The position numbers were made by a program, and so were the translations under genes. Below the pieces are notes generated by a model. That model was not told where the DNA came from and made no database searches. It saw only the letters and a list, made by a program, of their open reading frames with translations. A stretch of DNA of 64,000 bases from Rickettsiaceae bacterium (GTDB lineage: Bacteria; Pseudomonadota; Alphaproteobacteria; Rickettsiales; UBA1997): NCBI GenBank assembly GCA_021323225.1, contig JAJTCH010000003.1, positions 1,495 to 65,494 on the forward strand, in the 5' to 3' direction. Shown here piece after piece: positions 43,320-56,421 of this stretch; the stretch's first letter is position 1, and every line of letters begins with the position of its first letter.

Positions 43320-44330
43320 TTAATGCTTTCTGGAAACCGCATATTCCAATATAGATAGAAGCATTAATTTTTCCTGGCAATCAGAAAAGGCGGAAAGATT
43401 TCTTATGGCCGCTTCTTTATAGAATAGGGCCTTCTTGGTTGACTCTTCCAGCCCGTCATATTTTTTAATCAAAGTCATAATTTCAGCAAAAGATTGGCTG
43501 TTTTTTTGCTCCGTGCCATTTATAAGATTGTTGAAAAATATATCTTTGATTTTGGCTTTTTCTGCATCACTGGCTTTTTGGTAAGTCAGGATAATTGGCA
43601 GGGTGATTTTTCCCTCAAAAAAATCATTGCCGATTTCTTTTCCTAAAATTTCTTCACTTGCTGCATAATCCAAAACATCGTCGATAATTTGAAAGGCGAT
43701 TCCTAAATTATTTCCAAAATCGGCCAGAGCCTTTTGTTTGATTGTTCCAGCATTGGTGATTACTGCGCCGATTTGCAAGGCGGCAGCAAATAAAACTGCG
43801 GTTTTATAGGATATAATTTCTAAATATTTTTCTTCAGAAATTGTTATATCGCTTGAATTCATCAGTTGCATCACTTCCCCATCAGAGAGAATTCCGGAAG
43901 TTTTTGATAGAATATCCAGCACTTCCAAAGAGCCATCTTTAACCATAATCTGAAACGCAACTGAGAGCAGATAATCCCCAACCAAAATGCTAGCTTTGTT
44001 ATCCCAAATAGCATTGGCAGTTTTTTTGCCTCTTCTTAAGCTGCTGCCATCCACCACATCATCGTGAAGTAAAGTTGCAGTGTGGATTAACTCGACCGCG
44101 GCTGCCAAATTGCAATGTCTGTTTCCTTGATCATAGCCGCAAAGTTTTGTGCCTAAAATAGTGAGGATAGGGCGCACTCTTTTGCCGCCGCTGGAAACTA
44201 AATGATTAGTTATTTCTCCAATTAAATCTGCTTTACCTTTAGCGCTATCAATTATTGTTTTATTGACTTGCTCTAATTCGACGGCAATGGATTTAGTAAT
44301 TTGCGAGAAGGGATCGTTATTTGATCTCAT
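43320..44330 (-). CDS. ispB: Polyprenyl (octa/decaprenyl) diphosphate synthase
   Basis: SGGKRVRP, LLHDDVVD (FARM), FQIIDDVLD (SARM); ATG 44330 overlaps the cca stop (ATGA). Confidence 0.95.
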   Translation of the reverse strand: MRSNNDPFSQITKSIAVELEQVNKTIIDSAKGKADLIGEITNHLVSSGGKRVRPILTILGTKLCGYDQGNRHCNLAAAVELIHTATLLHDDVVDGSSLRRGKKTANAIWDNKASILVGDYLLSVAFQIMVKDGSLEVLDILSKTSGILSDGEVMQLMNSSDITISEEKYLEIISYKTAVLFAAALQIGAVITNAGTIKQKALADFGNNLGIAFQIIDDVLDYAASEEILGKEIGNDFFEGKITLPIILTYQKASDAEKAKIKDIFFNNLINGTEQKNSQSFAEIMTLIKKYDGLEESTKKALFYKEAAIRNLSAFSDCQEKLMLLSILEYAVSRKH

Positions 44331-45583
44331 TTGATTTGTTGTGTTTTTATGAATGAGCATATTTCTTGCTTAGTCGCAAGAAAGTCGCTTTGCCACCAAT
44401 ATTCTTTAGCTGCTTTTAAGGCTTTGCCAATATTCTTCGGCTCAACTTCTAGCTGGATTAAATCATTACCATTGACGGGGAAATCAGGAATTACGCTAGT
44501 CCGGATAATTCTGCGCATTTGCAAAAAATCATCAATAAAATTTTCAAGATTATCCTGCGAAGCTAATCGAATTGTGAGAATATCGGTTAGTGTTTTTTGA
44601 TCAAAATCTAGCAGTAACTTTAGTAGATTTTTTTTAGATATGTTCTGATTGTTTATATCGGAGCGTGCTACTGAGTTGCTAATAGTTTGAAGATATTTTT
44701 TTTCAGCATTTGATAAAATAAATTCTACTTCAGCATTTTTTGTTATGACGGATAAGAGCATCAAAGGCTCAAAATAATCATTCAATTCATTCTCATTTCT
44801 TAGCCTATCTTCTATAGCAAAAAGATTTTTTAGGATATTAATTCGCTTTTCATCACGATGCCCAAGGATCAAATCTAGTATTTCAGTATCTTGCATCACC
44901 TTCAAAATCGAGAGCAAATTTTCTCTATTTTGGCATTTTAAGATTTTAAAGAATTCTTCCCTGATCCTCTCAGAGGATAAATCTTTCAAATGACTTTTGT
45001 ATTTAATGCAGGCTTCTAATCCTTCTTTATCAAGATCTTTGGCGTAGTAACAAGAGAAACGAAAGAAGCGCAGGATTCGCAGATAGTCTTCTTTTATCCT
45101 TTCATCGGCATTGCCAATGAATTTTACAATTTTATTTTCTAAGTCAGATAACCCTCCAAAATAATCATAAAGATGACCAGCAAAATCAACTGATAGAGCA
45201 TTGATAGTGAAATCCCTCCTTTTTGCATCTTCGTAAAAATCGTCAACAAACTCTACTTCGCAATCCCGACCAAAAGACCTGGTGTCTTTTCTTAAGGTGG
45301 TGACTTGAAATTGTTGACCATCAACAATGGCGGTTATGGTGCCATATTTTATGCTGCTATCGATAGTTTTGATTTTATTTTTTTGAAGCAGAGCAGAGGT
45401 TTGCTCAGGAAGATATTTACAGGCTAGATCAAAATCAGTGATATTCTTTTTGGCTAAAAAATCGCGAACCGCACCACCAACAATGCGGAGCTCATCTCCA
45501 TTTTTTAATAGGTGGTTAAATAAGATGCTAAGTTGAGAGGGAAGGGGGAAATGAATTTTGCTTACAAAAGCATGTTCGTTCAT
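44327..45583 (-). CDS. cca: CCA tRNA nucleotidyltransferase (class II)
   Basis: VGGAVRD..DFD, EDAKRRDFTINAL, EDYLRILRFFRF motifs; start uncertain (TTG 45616 possible). Confidence 0.88.
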   Translation of the reverse strand: MNEHAFVSKIHFPLPSQLSILFNHLLKNGDELRIVGGAVRDFLAKKNITDFDLACKYLPEQTSALLQKNKIKTIDSSIKYGTITAIVDGQQFQVTTLRKDTRSFGRDCEVEFVDDFYEDAKRRDFTINALSVDFAGHLYDYFGGLSDLENKIVKFIGNADERIKEDYLRILRFFRFSCYYAKDLDKEGLEACIKYKSHLKDLSSERIREEFFKILKCQNRENLLSILKVMQDTEILDLILGHRDEKRINILKNLFAIEDRLRNENELNDYFEPLMLLSVITKNAEVEFILSNAEKKYLQTISNSVARSDINNQNISKKNLLKLLLDFDQKTLTDILTIRLASQDNLENFIDDFLQMRRIIRTSVIPDFPVNGNDLIQLEVEPKNIGKALKAAKEYWWQSDFLATKQEICSFIKTQQIK

Positions 45584-45610
45584 TTTTGAAAGAAAGGCAT
45601 ATACCGATAT

Positions 45611-45648
45611 AATCAAGAGAACTTGCGCTAAGTGAGTTTGCGCAAGTC
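45611..45648 (-). terminator. Hairpin terminator after acpP
   Basis: ACTTGCGC-N11-GCGCAAGT stem followed on the minus strand by TCTCTTGATT. Confidence 0.6.
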
Positions 45649-45660
45649 CTGAAGATTTAG

Positions 45661-45906
45661 CTAATTAATGTTTTCAGCTATGTGTTTTACAGCGCTACCA
45701 ACTGTTGTGATATGTTCTGCAGCTTCATCAGGAATTTCGATGCCGAATTCTTCTTCAAAAGCCATAACCAATTCAACTTGGTCTAAACTATCAGCACCAA
45801 GATCGTCAATGAAACTTGCGGTATCAACCACCTTCGCTTCTTCCACTCCTAGGTGATCAACGATGATTTTTTTTACTTTGTTAAAAATTTCCTGATTGTT
45901 AGACAT
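45661..45906 (-). CDS. acpP: Acyl carrier protein
   Basis: DLGADSLD phosphopantetheine site, [11 protein letters not shown]. Confidence 0.98.
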   Translation of the reverse strand: MSNNQEIFNKVKKIIVDHLGVEEAKVVDTASFIDDLGADSLDQVELVMAFEEEFGIEIPDEAAEHITTVGSAVKHIAENIN

Positions 45907-46004
45907 AAAATATTAAGTTGATTGTTAAAAATTATTTTGCCGGTTATTAGTCTGGGATAAAGCAAACAAGTAACAAACAAAAAGAATTAGTGATTTGGCA
46001 GAAA

Positions 46005-46952
46005 TTAAAAATTGAATATGGACATTATCTGTCCACCCTGTGAGTTAAAGCCGGTGACTTTTGTTATAATTTTAATCATGGCTTCTTCCCCCAGTAGCTT
46101 TCCGAACAAAGTGTCATCTGGTTTTTCCAATTCGATATTTTTAACTGGAAATTTTGCAATGTCAACTTTGTGGATAGTGCTCAAATATTTTAGCGCTTCA
46201 TTTTTGCCGCCGATTTCATCAATCAAACCATTTTTTAAAGCTTGTCTGCCGGTAAAAACTCTACCATCAATAATAGTTGCTAGATTTTTCTTATCCAGTC
46301 TATCACCGCGACGTTCTTTTACGAGATCAGAGAAAAATTTATAGCTATCAGCTATAGACTCATTAATGACTTGATTAACTTGCGGATTGGTCTTTTCAAA
46401 TGGAGACGGGGAACCTTTGAGGGGAGATGATTTATAAGTTAAAAACTTAATACCCAATTTATTTGCAAGATCAGTTACTTCGCTGCTTTGCATCAATACG
46501 CCTATAGAGCCAGTTAAAGTGCCATTCCTGGCAATGATATAGTCAGAAGCCAATGATGCCATATAGCCACCAGAAGCAGCAAGAGAACCCATAAGCACTA
46601 CAATCGGCTTATTCTTGGCAATTTCTCTTAAATTTTCATAGAGAATTTCACTACCAACAATTCCACCACCTGGGCTATTAATGTTGACAATTACTGCCTT
46701 GATATTTTTTTGCTCAGCGATTTTTCCTAAAATTTCACTGCGATAATCATCATCAAGGATCATTCCTTCGACCTTGATGTTGGCAATATAATCTCCACCA
46801 GAATCGATATTGGCTGATTCGCTTGCGCCAAAAAGAATATGAAGAGCTAGAAGTAGAAGAGCAATTATCATTAAAAATGATACATTCTTCCACTTCCTAG
46901 CCTGGTCTCTAAGATGAATTAGTGCTGTGAAATTATCAGAAGATAAAGACAT
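46005..46952 (-). CDS. sppA: Signal peptide peptidase SppA (36K type)
   Basis: N-terminal TM segment, NSPGG, AASGGY, GSIGV, GRVFTGRQA motifs; follows rpsA as in many alphaproteobacteria. Confidence 0.93.
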   Translation of the reverse strand: MSLSSDNFTALIHLRDQARKWKNVSFLMIIALLLLALHILFGASESANIDSGGDYIANIKVEGMILDDDYRSEILGKIAEQKNIKAVIVNINSPGGGIVGSEILYENLREIAKNKPIVVLMGSLAASGGYMASLASDYIIARNGTLTGSIGVLMQSSEVTDLANKLGIKFLTYKSSPLKGSPSPFEKTNPQVNQVINESIADSYKFFSDLVKERRGDRLDKKNLATIIDGRVFTGRQALKNGLIDEIGGKNEALKYLSTIHKVDIAKFPVKNIELEKPDDTLFGKLLGEEAMIKIITKVTGFNSQGGQIMSIFNF

Positions 46953-46961
46953 GGCTGCTTA

Positions 46962-48695
46962 TTACTTTTCTTCTTTAGCTTTTTCTGCGTTTGATTCTTG
47001 CAATGCTTCACCCAATATGCTGCCTAGATTTGAGCCGCTGGATTCTTCATTATCAGAATAGATATAGGATTCTTGTTCGTCAGATTCCATATCTTTGATA
47101 GAAAGCAACATCTTGCCAGTTACATTGTTAAACAAGATAACTTTAGCTTCGATGCGATCGCCAACTTCAAATTTTTCAGTCTTTTGATCTTGCTTGTTTT
47201 TACTGACATCAAGTCTCTTGATAATTGCTTTTAAGCCAATATCAAGCTCAACTTCTATAAAATCTTTCTTAACATTGACAACTACGGAGGAAACTACCAA
47301 GCCAGGAACGATTTTTTCAAGATCAGCTTTGAAATTTGCATTTTCGAGTTGTTTGATGCCAAGTGAAATGCGTTCTTTTTCATAATTACTTCCAAGAACC
47401 ATAACTTTAATTTTTTCGTCTTTCTTGTAGGTTTTCATTAATTCTTCGCCATTTCCTGTCCAAGAAATATCTGAAACGTGAACTAATCCGTCAACGCCAC
47501 TATCAAAACCAATGAATAAGCCAAATTCAGTGTAGTTTTTGATTGTTCCTTCGACAATATCGCCAACAAAATGGCTTTCAGAAAAGCTTTGCCAAGGATT
47601 TTTGTCGCATTGTTTCATGCCCAACGAGATGCGGTGGTTTTTGGAATCGATATCCAAAATCATAACCTGAACTTCTTGTCCGGAAGATAGGAATTTATTT
47701 GGTGTAAGATTGTTTTTAAACCAGCTCATTTCAGAAACATGGACTAAGCCTTCAATGCCATTCTCAATTTCAACGAAAGCGCCGTAAGTAGCGATATTGG
47801 TAACTTTACCTTTAACTACGCTGCCAACCGGATAGCGGTTTTCAATTGATTGCCAAGGATTATCTTGTAGTTGTTTCATACCAAGAGAAACTCTCTTAGT
47901 GCTTTCATCATATTTAATGATTTGAACTTTAACTTGCTGGCCAACGCTTAGAACTTCGGAAGGGTGGCGAACGCGGCACCAGGAGATGTCAGTTAAATGC
48001 AATAGACCATCGAAACTTCCAAAATCAATAAAGGCACCGTAATCAGTGATGTTTTTAACTGTACCTTCCATAACATCACCAATTTTGATGGTTGATAGAA
48101 CTTCCGATCTTTCTTTGTCTCTTTGTACTTCTAATATTGCTCTTCTAGAAACAACTACGTTACCTCTAACATCGTCAATTTTAAGGACTAATAATTTTTC
48201 AACTTTGCCAATTAGGAAAGTGTCGTCAGATAAAAGCATGGTATCAACTTGGCTTCTAGGCAAGAAGGCAATAATACCGTCAAGCTCAACGGCATAACCA
48301 CCCTTAACTTTGCCAAGAACTTTACCTTCAATGATGGTTTTATCTTCTAAACATTGTTTTAGGAAATTCCAGTTATTGTATTTTCTAGCATTGTCTCTGC
48401 TGATTAATAGATCACCTTTTTTATTTTCTAGTCTTTCTAGCATTACATCGACAACATCACCTTCTTCTATATTGCCGTCAGATCTGAATTCTGTTAAAGG
48501 AACATATCCGATTGACTTAGCTCCAATATCAACTGCGACACCTTTGTCGCTAATGCCAACAACTACACCTTTAACGACGGTGCCTTCTTTTAGAACCTGA
48601 CAGTCCTTTTCATATTCCGCCAATAGCTCGGCAAAATTTTCTTTTAGGATGAATTGATTTTCTAGTTCTTGATTGGTTGCTTGATTTTTGGTCAT
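46962..48695 (-). CDS. rpsA: 30S ribosomal protein S1
   Basis: Six S1 domains; AFLPRSQVD, NITDYGAF, GLLHLTDISW, EGLVHVSEMSW motifs. Confidence 0.98.
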   Translation of the reverse strand: MTKNQATNQELENQFILKENFAELLAEYEKDCQVLKEGTVVKGVVVGISDKGVAVDIGAKSIGYVPLTEFRSDGNIEEGDVVDVMLERLENKKGDLLISRDNARKYNNWNFLKQCLEDKTIIEGKVLGKVKGGYAVELDGIIAFLPRSQVDTMLLSDDTFLIGKVEKLLVLKIDDVRGNVVVSRRAILEVQRDKERSEVLSTIKIGDVMEGTVKNITDYGAFIDFGSFDGLLHLTDISWCRVRHPSEVLSVGQQVKVQIIKYDESTKRVSLGMKQLQDNPWQSIENRYPVGSVVKGKVTNIATYGAFVEIENGIEGLVHVSEMSWFKNNLTPNKFLSSGQEVQVMILDIDSKNHRISLGMKQCDKNPWQSFSESHFVGDIVEGTIKNYTEFGLFIGFDSGVDGLVHVSDISWTGNGEELMKTYKKDEKIKVMVLGSNYEKERISLGIKQLENANFKADLEKIVPGLVVSSVVVNVKKDFIEVELDIGLKAIIKRLDVSKNKQDQKTEKFEVGDRIEAKVILFNNVTGKMLLSIKDMESDEQESYIYSDNEESSGSNLGSILGEALQESNAEKAKEEK

Positions 48696-48756
48696 AACTT
48701 AAAAAGCCTTTGCGGCCGGGGTTGGGGTTGATAAAATTTGTAAAAAAGGATGGGCA

Positions 48757-48784
48757 ATTCTATGGATATGTTTTTAAAATACAA
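48757..48784 (-). promoter_or_regulatory. Putative sigma70 promoter for rpsA
   Basis: Minus strand TTGTAT-N16-TAGAAT about 60 bp upstream of the ATG. Confidence 0.45.
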
Positions 48785-48834
48785 TCATCAATTCTTGTGT
48801 TGCAGATGCTTCTATTAACAGGCTATTTTGAAGG

Positions 48835-49845
48835 TTAGTTAGGATTGGCAACAACTCCCTTTTCTTTCAAAATTTGATAATATCTTGCAACATAGGCATT
48901 GTGGTCTTTGATGTTGGAAGAGAAGTTATGTCCGCCACCAACGCCACTAGCTACAAAATAAAGATAGTCAGTGCTAGGAGGATTTAAAACTGCTTTGATA
49001 GATTCAATGCCTGGGTTGCAAATTGGTCCAGGTGGCAATCCATAAATATGATAAGTGTTGTATTTGGAAGTATTGTTGATGTCACTTTTTCTAATGGGTC
49101 TTTCCAGGGCTTTATTGCCAAGGGTGAAGGAATAAACAATTGTTGGATCTGATTGTAATTTCATACCTTTTCTAAGGCGATTTATAAAGACTGAAGCTAC
49201 TTTGCCGCGTTCTGATGCAATACCGGATTCCTTTTCAACAATTGAAGCAAGAATGATTGCTTCAAACTTATTTTTGAGTGGAATTGATTGGTCCCTTTTT
49301 TCCCATAACTCATCAATGGTTTTTTGCATGTCAGCTTGCATTCTTCTAAGAGTTGCCAGCTTAGTATCATTGTAAGAATAAAAATATGTTTCCGGCAATA
49401 AAGAACCTTCCGGAACATTTTCTTGTATGTCGCCGATTAGGCCATAGGAATTGTGAATAATTTTTAGGGCAGAATTTGTGCTCAGTCCTTCAGCAATAGT
49501 AACCTTGCGGAAAGAGACATAGCCCTTAATCATCTTGTGCAGAATTTTGTAATAAGAGAGGTTTTTCTCAAAGAAATATTCCCCATATCTAACTGTTGGA
49601 TCGCGTCCTTTAACTAGCTGAGAAACATAGAGAAATGCGTTAGGGCTGCGGATAATCTTCTCTTGGTGAAGTTTTTCAACCACTTTCCTAAAGGTTAGGC
49701 CATTTTCAATAATGAATTTTTTATCCTGTTTGTGATAATTATTTGGCGCATTAAAATACATTATCAGGGATAATATAGTGACCAAAAACGCAAAAACCGA
49801 AAGCGAAAAAAATACACAGATATTTTTTATAATTTTCTTAAACAT
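48835..49845 (-). CDS. mltG: Endolytic transglycosylase MltG
   Basis: EGSLLPETY, LASIVEKE, NRLRKGMKLQSDPT, YNTY...GLPPGPICNPG motifs; follows fabF. Confidence 0.96.
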   Translation of the reverse strand: MFKKIIKNICVFFSLSVFAFLVTILSLIMYFNAPNNYHKQDKKFIIENGLTFRKVVEKLHQEKIIRSPNAFLYVSQLVKGRDPTVRYGEYFFEKNLSYYKILHKMIKGYVSFRKVTIAEGLSTNSALKIIHNSYGLIGDIQENVPEGSLLPETYFYSYNDTKLATLRRMQADMQKTIDELWEKRDQSIPLKNKFEAIILASIVEKESGIASERGKVASVFINRLRKGMKLQSDPTIVYSFTLGNKALERPIRKSDINNTSKYNTYHIYGLPPGPICNPGIESIKAVLNPPSTDYLYFVASGVGGGHNFSSNIKDHNAYVARYYQILKEKGVVANPN

Positions 49846-49888
49846 TAATGGTTTGGGCCTTTTTAAGATTATTATAGATTCGCTTTAG

Positions 49889-51157
49889 CTAGACTTTTCT
49901 GAATACCAAGCAAGCGTTGGTTCCGCCGAAGCCGAAGGAATTAGAAAGAGCAACATCAAATGCTTTTTCTTTGGCAATTTTTGGAGTTAGGTCAAGGTCG
50001 CAAGAATCTGAAGGATTCTCTAAGTTCAAAGTTGGTGGGATTATTCCATCTCTGATAGAAAGTAGACTGAATATTGCTTCAACAGCACCAGCCGCACCAA
50101 GTAAGTGGCCGATAGAAGATTTTGTGGAAGAAACAGAGAGTTTGTAAGCGGCATCACCGAAAACTTTTTTAATGCCATTGATTTCAATCTCATCACCAAG
50201 TGGTGTAGAAGTGCCATGCGCGTTGATATATCCAACATCAGACGGATTTACTTTTGCGTGATGCAGTGCCATTTTCATAGCATAGGTAGCGCTGCGTCCG
50301 TTCATTTCTGGTGCGGTGATATGATGGGCATCGCCAGATAGACCATAGCCGATAACTTCTCCATAAATTTTAGCGCCGCGTTTTTTAGCGTGCTCATATT
50401 CTTCTAACACAACTATTCCAGCGCCTTCGCCCATAACGAAACCATCGCGGGCTTTGTCCCAAGGTCTGGAACCAGCACTTGGATTATCGTTAAAACTGGT
50501 TGATAAAGCTCTAAGTGCAGCAAAACCACCAACGCCAATTTCGCAAACTGTAGATTCAGCGCCGCCGCAAACCATTACGTCAACATCGCCATATTCAATC
50601 ATTCTAGCGGAATCGCCAATAGCGTGACTTCCGGTTGCACAAGCAGTAACAACGCATTGGTTTGGGCCCATAAAGCCATATTTTATTGAGATATGGCCGG
50701 AAGCTAGATTAGCTAAGCTGGCAGGAATAAAGAATGGGCTAATTTTTTTGGCGCCTTTCTCTTTAACAAATAAAGTTGTTCTCTCAATTAAAGGTAAACC
50801 CCCAATCCCTGAGCCAACCATAACGCCGGTTCTAAATTGATCTTCTTCAGTGGTTGGTTTCCAGCCGGAATCCTCAACCGCTTCAATAGCTGCAGCAATT
50901 GCAAAATGGATGAAGCGATCCATCTTTTTTTGTTCCTTCGGATCAATGAATTTATTTACATCAAATTCTCCTTCGCCAGTTCCATCTTTAACTTGTCCTG
51001 CAATCTTGCATGGAATATCAGTGCTATCTACATCAAAAGCAGTGATTTTGCCGAGGCCGGAATCTCCTTGAATGATTCTTTCCCAGGTTTTTATGGCGCC
51101 GCAGGCAAGGGGAGTAACAGCTCCAATGCCGGTTACAACAACTCTTCTTTTAGTCAT
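49889..51157 (-). CDS. fabF: 3-oxoacyl-ACP synthase II
   Basis: TACATG (catalytic Cys), NAHGTST, GHLLGAAG, SNSFGFGG motifs. Confidence 0.98.
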   Translation of the reverse strand: MTKRRVVVTGIGAVTPLACGAIKTWERIIQGDSGLGKITAFDVDSTDIPCKIAGQVKDGTGEGEFDVNKFIDPKEQKKMDRFIHFAIAAAIEAVEDSGWKPTTEEDQFRTGVMVGSGIGGLPLIERTTLFVKEKGAKKISPFFIPASLANLASGHISIKYGFMGPNQCVVTACATGSHAIGDSARMIEYGDVDVMVCGGAESTVCEIGVGGFAALRALSTSFNDNPSAGSRPWDKARDGFVMGEGAGIVVLEEYEHAKKRGAKIYGEVIGYGLSGDAHHITAPEMNGRSATYAMKMALHHAKVNPSDVGYINAHGTSTPLGDEIEINGIKKVFGDAAYKLSVSSTKSSIGHLLGAAGAVEAIFSLLSIRDGIIPPTLNLENPSDSCDLDLTPKIAKEKAFDVALSNSFGFGGTNACLVFRKV

Positions 51158-51220
51158 GATTGGTAGCTATAGTTAGATCTAAAAAATTGGAGGTGTTTTT
51201 TTACAATAGCTAATTATATT

Positions 51221-53116
51221 TTGAAAGTTTTTTATCAAATTATTTCGTTGCTGATATTGTATCCAATTAGTAGGAATGACATGCTGGGGCAGGGCAATAC
51301 AAGCCAAATCTTACCTCAGAGCAAGACACATTTCATAAGTCAAAAAAACATCAAAAAGAGGGATTTCCAGGTAATCATTATCGGTGCCGGTGGTGCTGGG
51401 CTAATGTCTGCTTTATCTTGCGTTGAAAATGGCATTAAAGATGTGGCTGTTATCAGCAAAGTTTTTCCAACCCAAAGCCATACAGTTGCAGCAAAAGGCG
51501 GAATTAATGCCGCGCTTGGCAATATCACCAAAGACGATTGGCAGTGGCATTGCTACGATACAATAAAAGGTGCGGATTATTTGGCAGATCATGATGCGGT
51601 TGAATTAATGTGTAAAGCGGCTGCACAAACGGTGATAAATTTAGAAAATATCGGAGTAATATTCTCTAGAAATCTAGAAGGAAAAATTGACCAAAGAATT
51701 TATGGCGGGCAAAAAACTGATTTCGGGCAAGGTGAATTAGCTCACCGCGCTTGTTTTTCAAAGGACAATACCGGACACACAATTTTGCACACAATTTATC
51801 AGCAATGTCTAAAAAAAGGCGTCAAATTTTTTAGCGAATATTTTGTCACTGACTTGCTGATGTCAGGTAAAAAGCAGTGTCTAGGTGCGGTTGCCATAGA
51901 TTTAAGCAGTGGAGAAATAAATAATTTCAAATCAAAAATCACTATTCTTGCAACTGGCGGTTATAGCCAAATTTATCAAAACACCACTTCATCAGATATT
52001 TGTACGGGAGACGGTAATGCTTTTATTTTAAAAGACGGATTGCAATTGCAAGATATGGAATTTGTACAATTTCACCCAACCAGTCTTTACGGAACTGGTT
52101 TGTTGATTTCCGAAGCCGCAAGAGGTGAGGGTGGTTATTTGATAAATGCAAAAGGTGAAAAATTCATGAGCAAATATGCTCCAAATTATGGCGATTTAGC
52201 CTCGCGTGATGTCATCTCAAGGGCAATTGCCACCGAAATTTATGAAGGCCGCGGCTGCGGAGAAAATAAAGATCAAGTCCATTTAGTGATTAGCCATTTG
52301 GGTGAAAAAAAGATCAGAGAAAAAATTCCAACAGTTTTAGAAATTGCTAAATCTTTTGCTAAAATTGATGCTCTCACGCAACCAATTCCAATTGCTCCGG
52401 CAGCGCATTACACAATGGGCGGCATTCCAACCAATATCAATTGCCAAGTTTTGTTTGATAATGATGTTATAGAAGGCTTGATGGCAATTGGCGAAGCGGC
52501 TTGCGTTTCAGTTCATGGAGCTAATCGTTTAGGCTGCAACTCGCTTTTAGATATTTTAGTATTTGGTGATTTATCCGGTAAAATAGCGGCTTCGGAGCTT
52601 AACAAAAATTGCTTAGATGAAGCAAATATAACTGAAATTATTGATTCAAAACTTAAAAGAATTGAAACAATTTTGCAGCAAAAAGGAGATCAATCCTCAT
52701 TTTCAATCAAGACAAAATCCAAAATTATTGTCGAAAAATTTGTTGGTGTTTTCAGAAATAAAGAATTGCTTGGGGAAGGTTTGTCAGAGCTTCTGCGCCT
52801 TAAAGACCAGCTTGAATTTGTAGAAATAAAAAACAAAAATTTATTATGGAATGATGAGTTAGTTGAGTTTTTCCAGACCGAAAATCTGCTTTTGCAATCA
52901 ATTGCCACAGCCTACTCTGCCTTGCGGCGTGAAGAAAGCCGTGGTGCTCATTTACGGGAAGATTTTTTAAATCGTGATGATAAAAATTGGTTAAAACATA
53001 GTTTGGTCAGCTTTGACATTACCAATAACAATTTTGACTTTAAGACTAAAGAAGTTATGGTGAAGCCAATTGGCGATAGTCTAGCCATCATTCTTCCTGA
53101 AGAACGCAAATACTAA
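51221..53116 (+). CDS. sdhA: Succinate dehydrogenase flavoprotein subunit-like (divergent, stand-alone); start uncertain (ATG 51281 or later likely)
   Basis: GAGGAG, SHTVAAKGG (FAD His), QFHPT, LASRDV, HYTMGG, HGANRLG, ESRGAH motifs. Confidence 0.85.
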   Translation: MKVFYQIISLLILYPISRNDMLGQGNTSQILPQSKTHFISQKNIKKRDFQVIIIGAGGAGLMSALSCVENGIKDVAVISKVFPTQSHTVAAKGGINAALGNITKDDWQWHCYDTIKGADYLADHDAVELMCKAAAQTVINLENIGVIFSRNLEGKIDQRIYGGQKTDFGQGELAHRACFSKDNTGHTILHTIYQQCLKKGVKFFSEYFVTDLLMSGKKQCLGAVAIDLSSGEINNFKSKITILATGGYSQIYQNTTSSDICTGDGNAFILKDGLQLQDMEFVQFHPTSLYGTGLLISEAARGEGGYLINAKGEKFMSKYAPNYGDLASRDVISRAIATEIYEGRGCGENKDQVHLVISHLGEKKIREKIPTVLEIAKSFAKIDALTQPIPIAPAAHYTMGGIPTNINCQVLFDNDVIEGLMAIGEAACVSVHGANRLGCNSLLDILVFGDLSGKIAASELNKNCLDEANITEIIDSKLKRIETILQQKGDQSSFSIKTKSKIIVEKFVGVFRNKELLGEGLSELLRLKDQLEFVEIKNKNLLWNDELVEFFQTENLLLQSIATAYSALRREESRGAHLREDFLNRDDKNWLKHSLVSFDITNNNFDFKTKEVMVKPIGDSLAIILPEERKY

Positions 53117-53132
53117 TCTAACAAAATTTAAG

Positions 53133-55593
<2,461 letters not shown>

Positions 55594-55604
<11 letters not shown>

Positions 55605-56421
55605 TAATTTTTCTAAATTAGCGATCATCGCCGGAAAAGGCGAATTGCCAAAAATGATCATCAAAAAATGCCAGGAACAACAGCGCAATTTTTTGGTAAT
55701 TTTAATTGCCGGCGAATCTAGCAATGCCGATTTTTTACAGTTTGACCACCATATAATCGGTTTTGGAGAAATTTCTAAAATCCTCAATATTTTAAAAACC
55801 AATAATGTTAAGGAATTAGTTTTTGCCGGTGGTGTCACCAAGCCTTCAATGGCAGGTATGAAGGTTGATGCTAAAGGCGCAATTTTGCTTTCCAAAATTT
55901 TGGGAAATAAATTTTTTGGTGATGATAATTTGCTTTCTACAATCATCAGTTTTTTTGAGAAGGAAGGTTTTGCAATTATTGGCGCTGACAAAATTATTGA
56001 TGATCTGGTAGCAAAAAAAGGTGTGCTGGGAAATGCAAAACCGGATAGTGAAATGTTGAAAGATGTTGCAATCGGGCAAAATGCTTTACAAGTGATGTCT
56101 AGCCTTGATATTGGCCAGGCAATTGCGGTTCAACAAAAACAAATTATTGGCGTTGAAGCAATCGAAGGAACGGATGCTTTGATAAAAAGATGTGCAGATT
56201 TAGGTTTCAAACAAGGCTCAAAACCAGTTTTAGTGAAGATGAAAAAGAAAAACCAAAATACCAAAATTGATTTGCCCGCCCTTGGCGTTGATACAATAAA
56301 AAACCTTGCCCAGTGCGGTTTTGCCGGTATTGCTGTGCAGGAAAATTATTGTCTGATCATCAATCAAAAAGAAGTCATTAAATTGGCAGATGAGCTTGGA
56401 ATATTTGTTATTGGGGTTTAG
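55594..56421 (+). CDS. lpxI: UDP-2,3-diacylglucosamine diphosphatase LpxI
   Basis: IIAGKGELP, GDDNLL, DIGQA, VEAIEGTD, VLVK..K..Q...DLP motifs. Confidence 0.93.
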
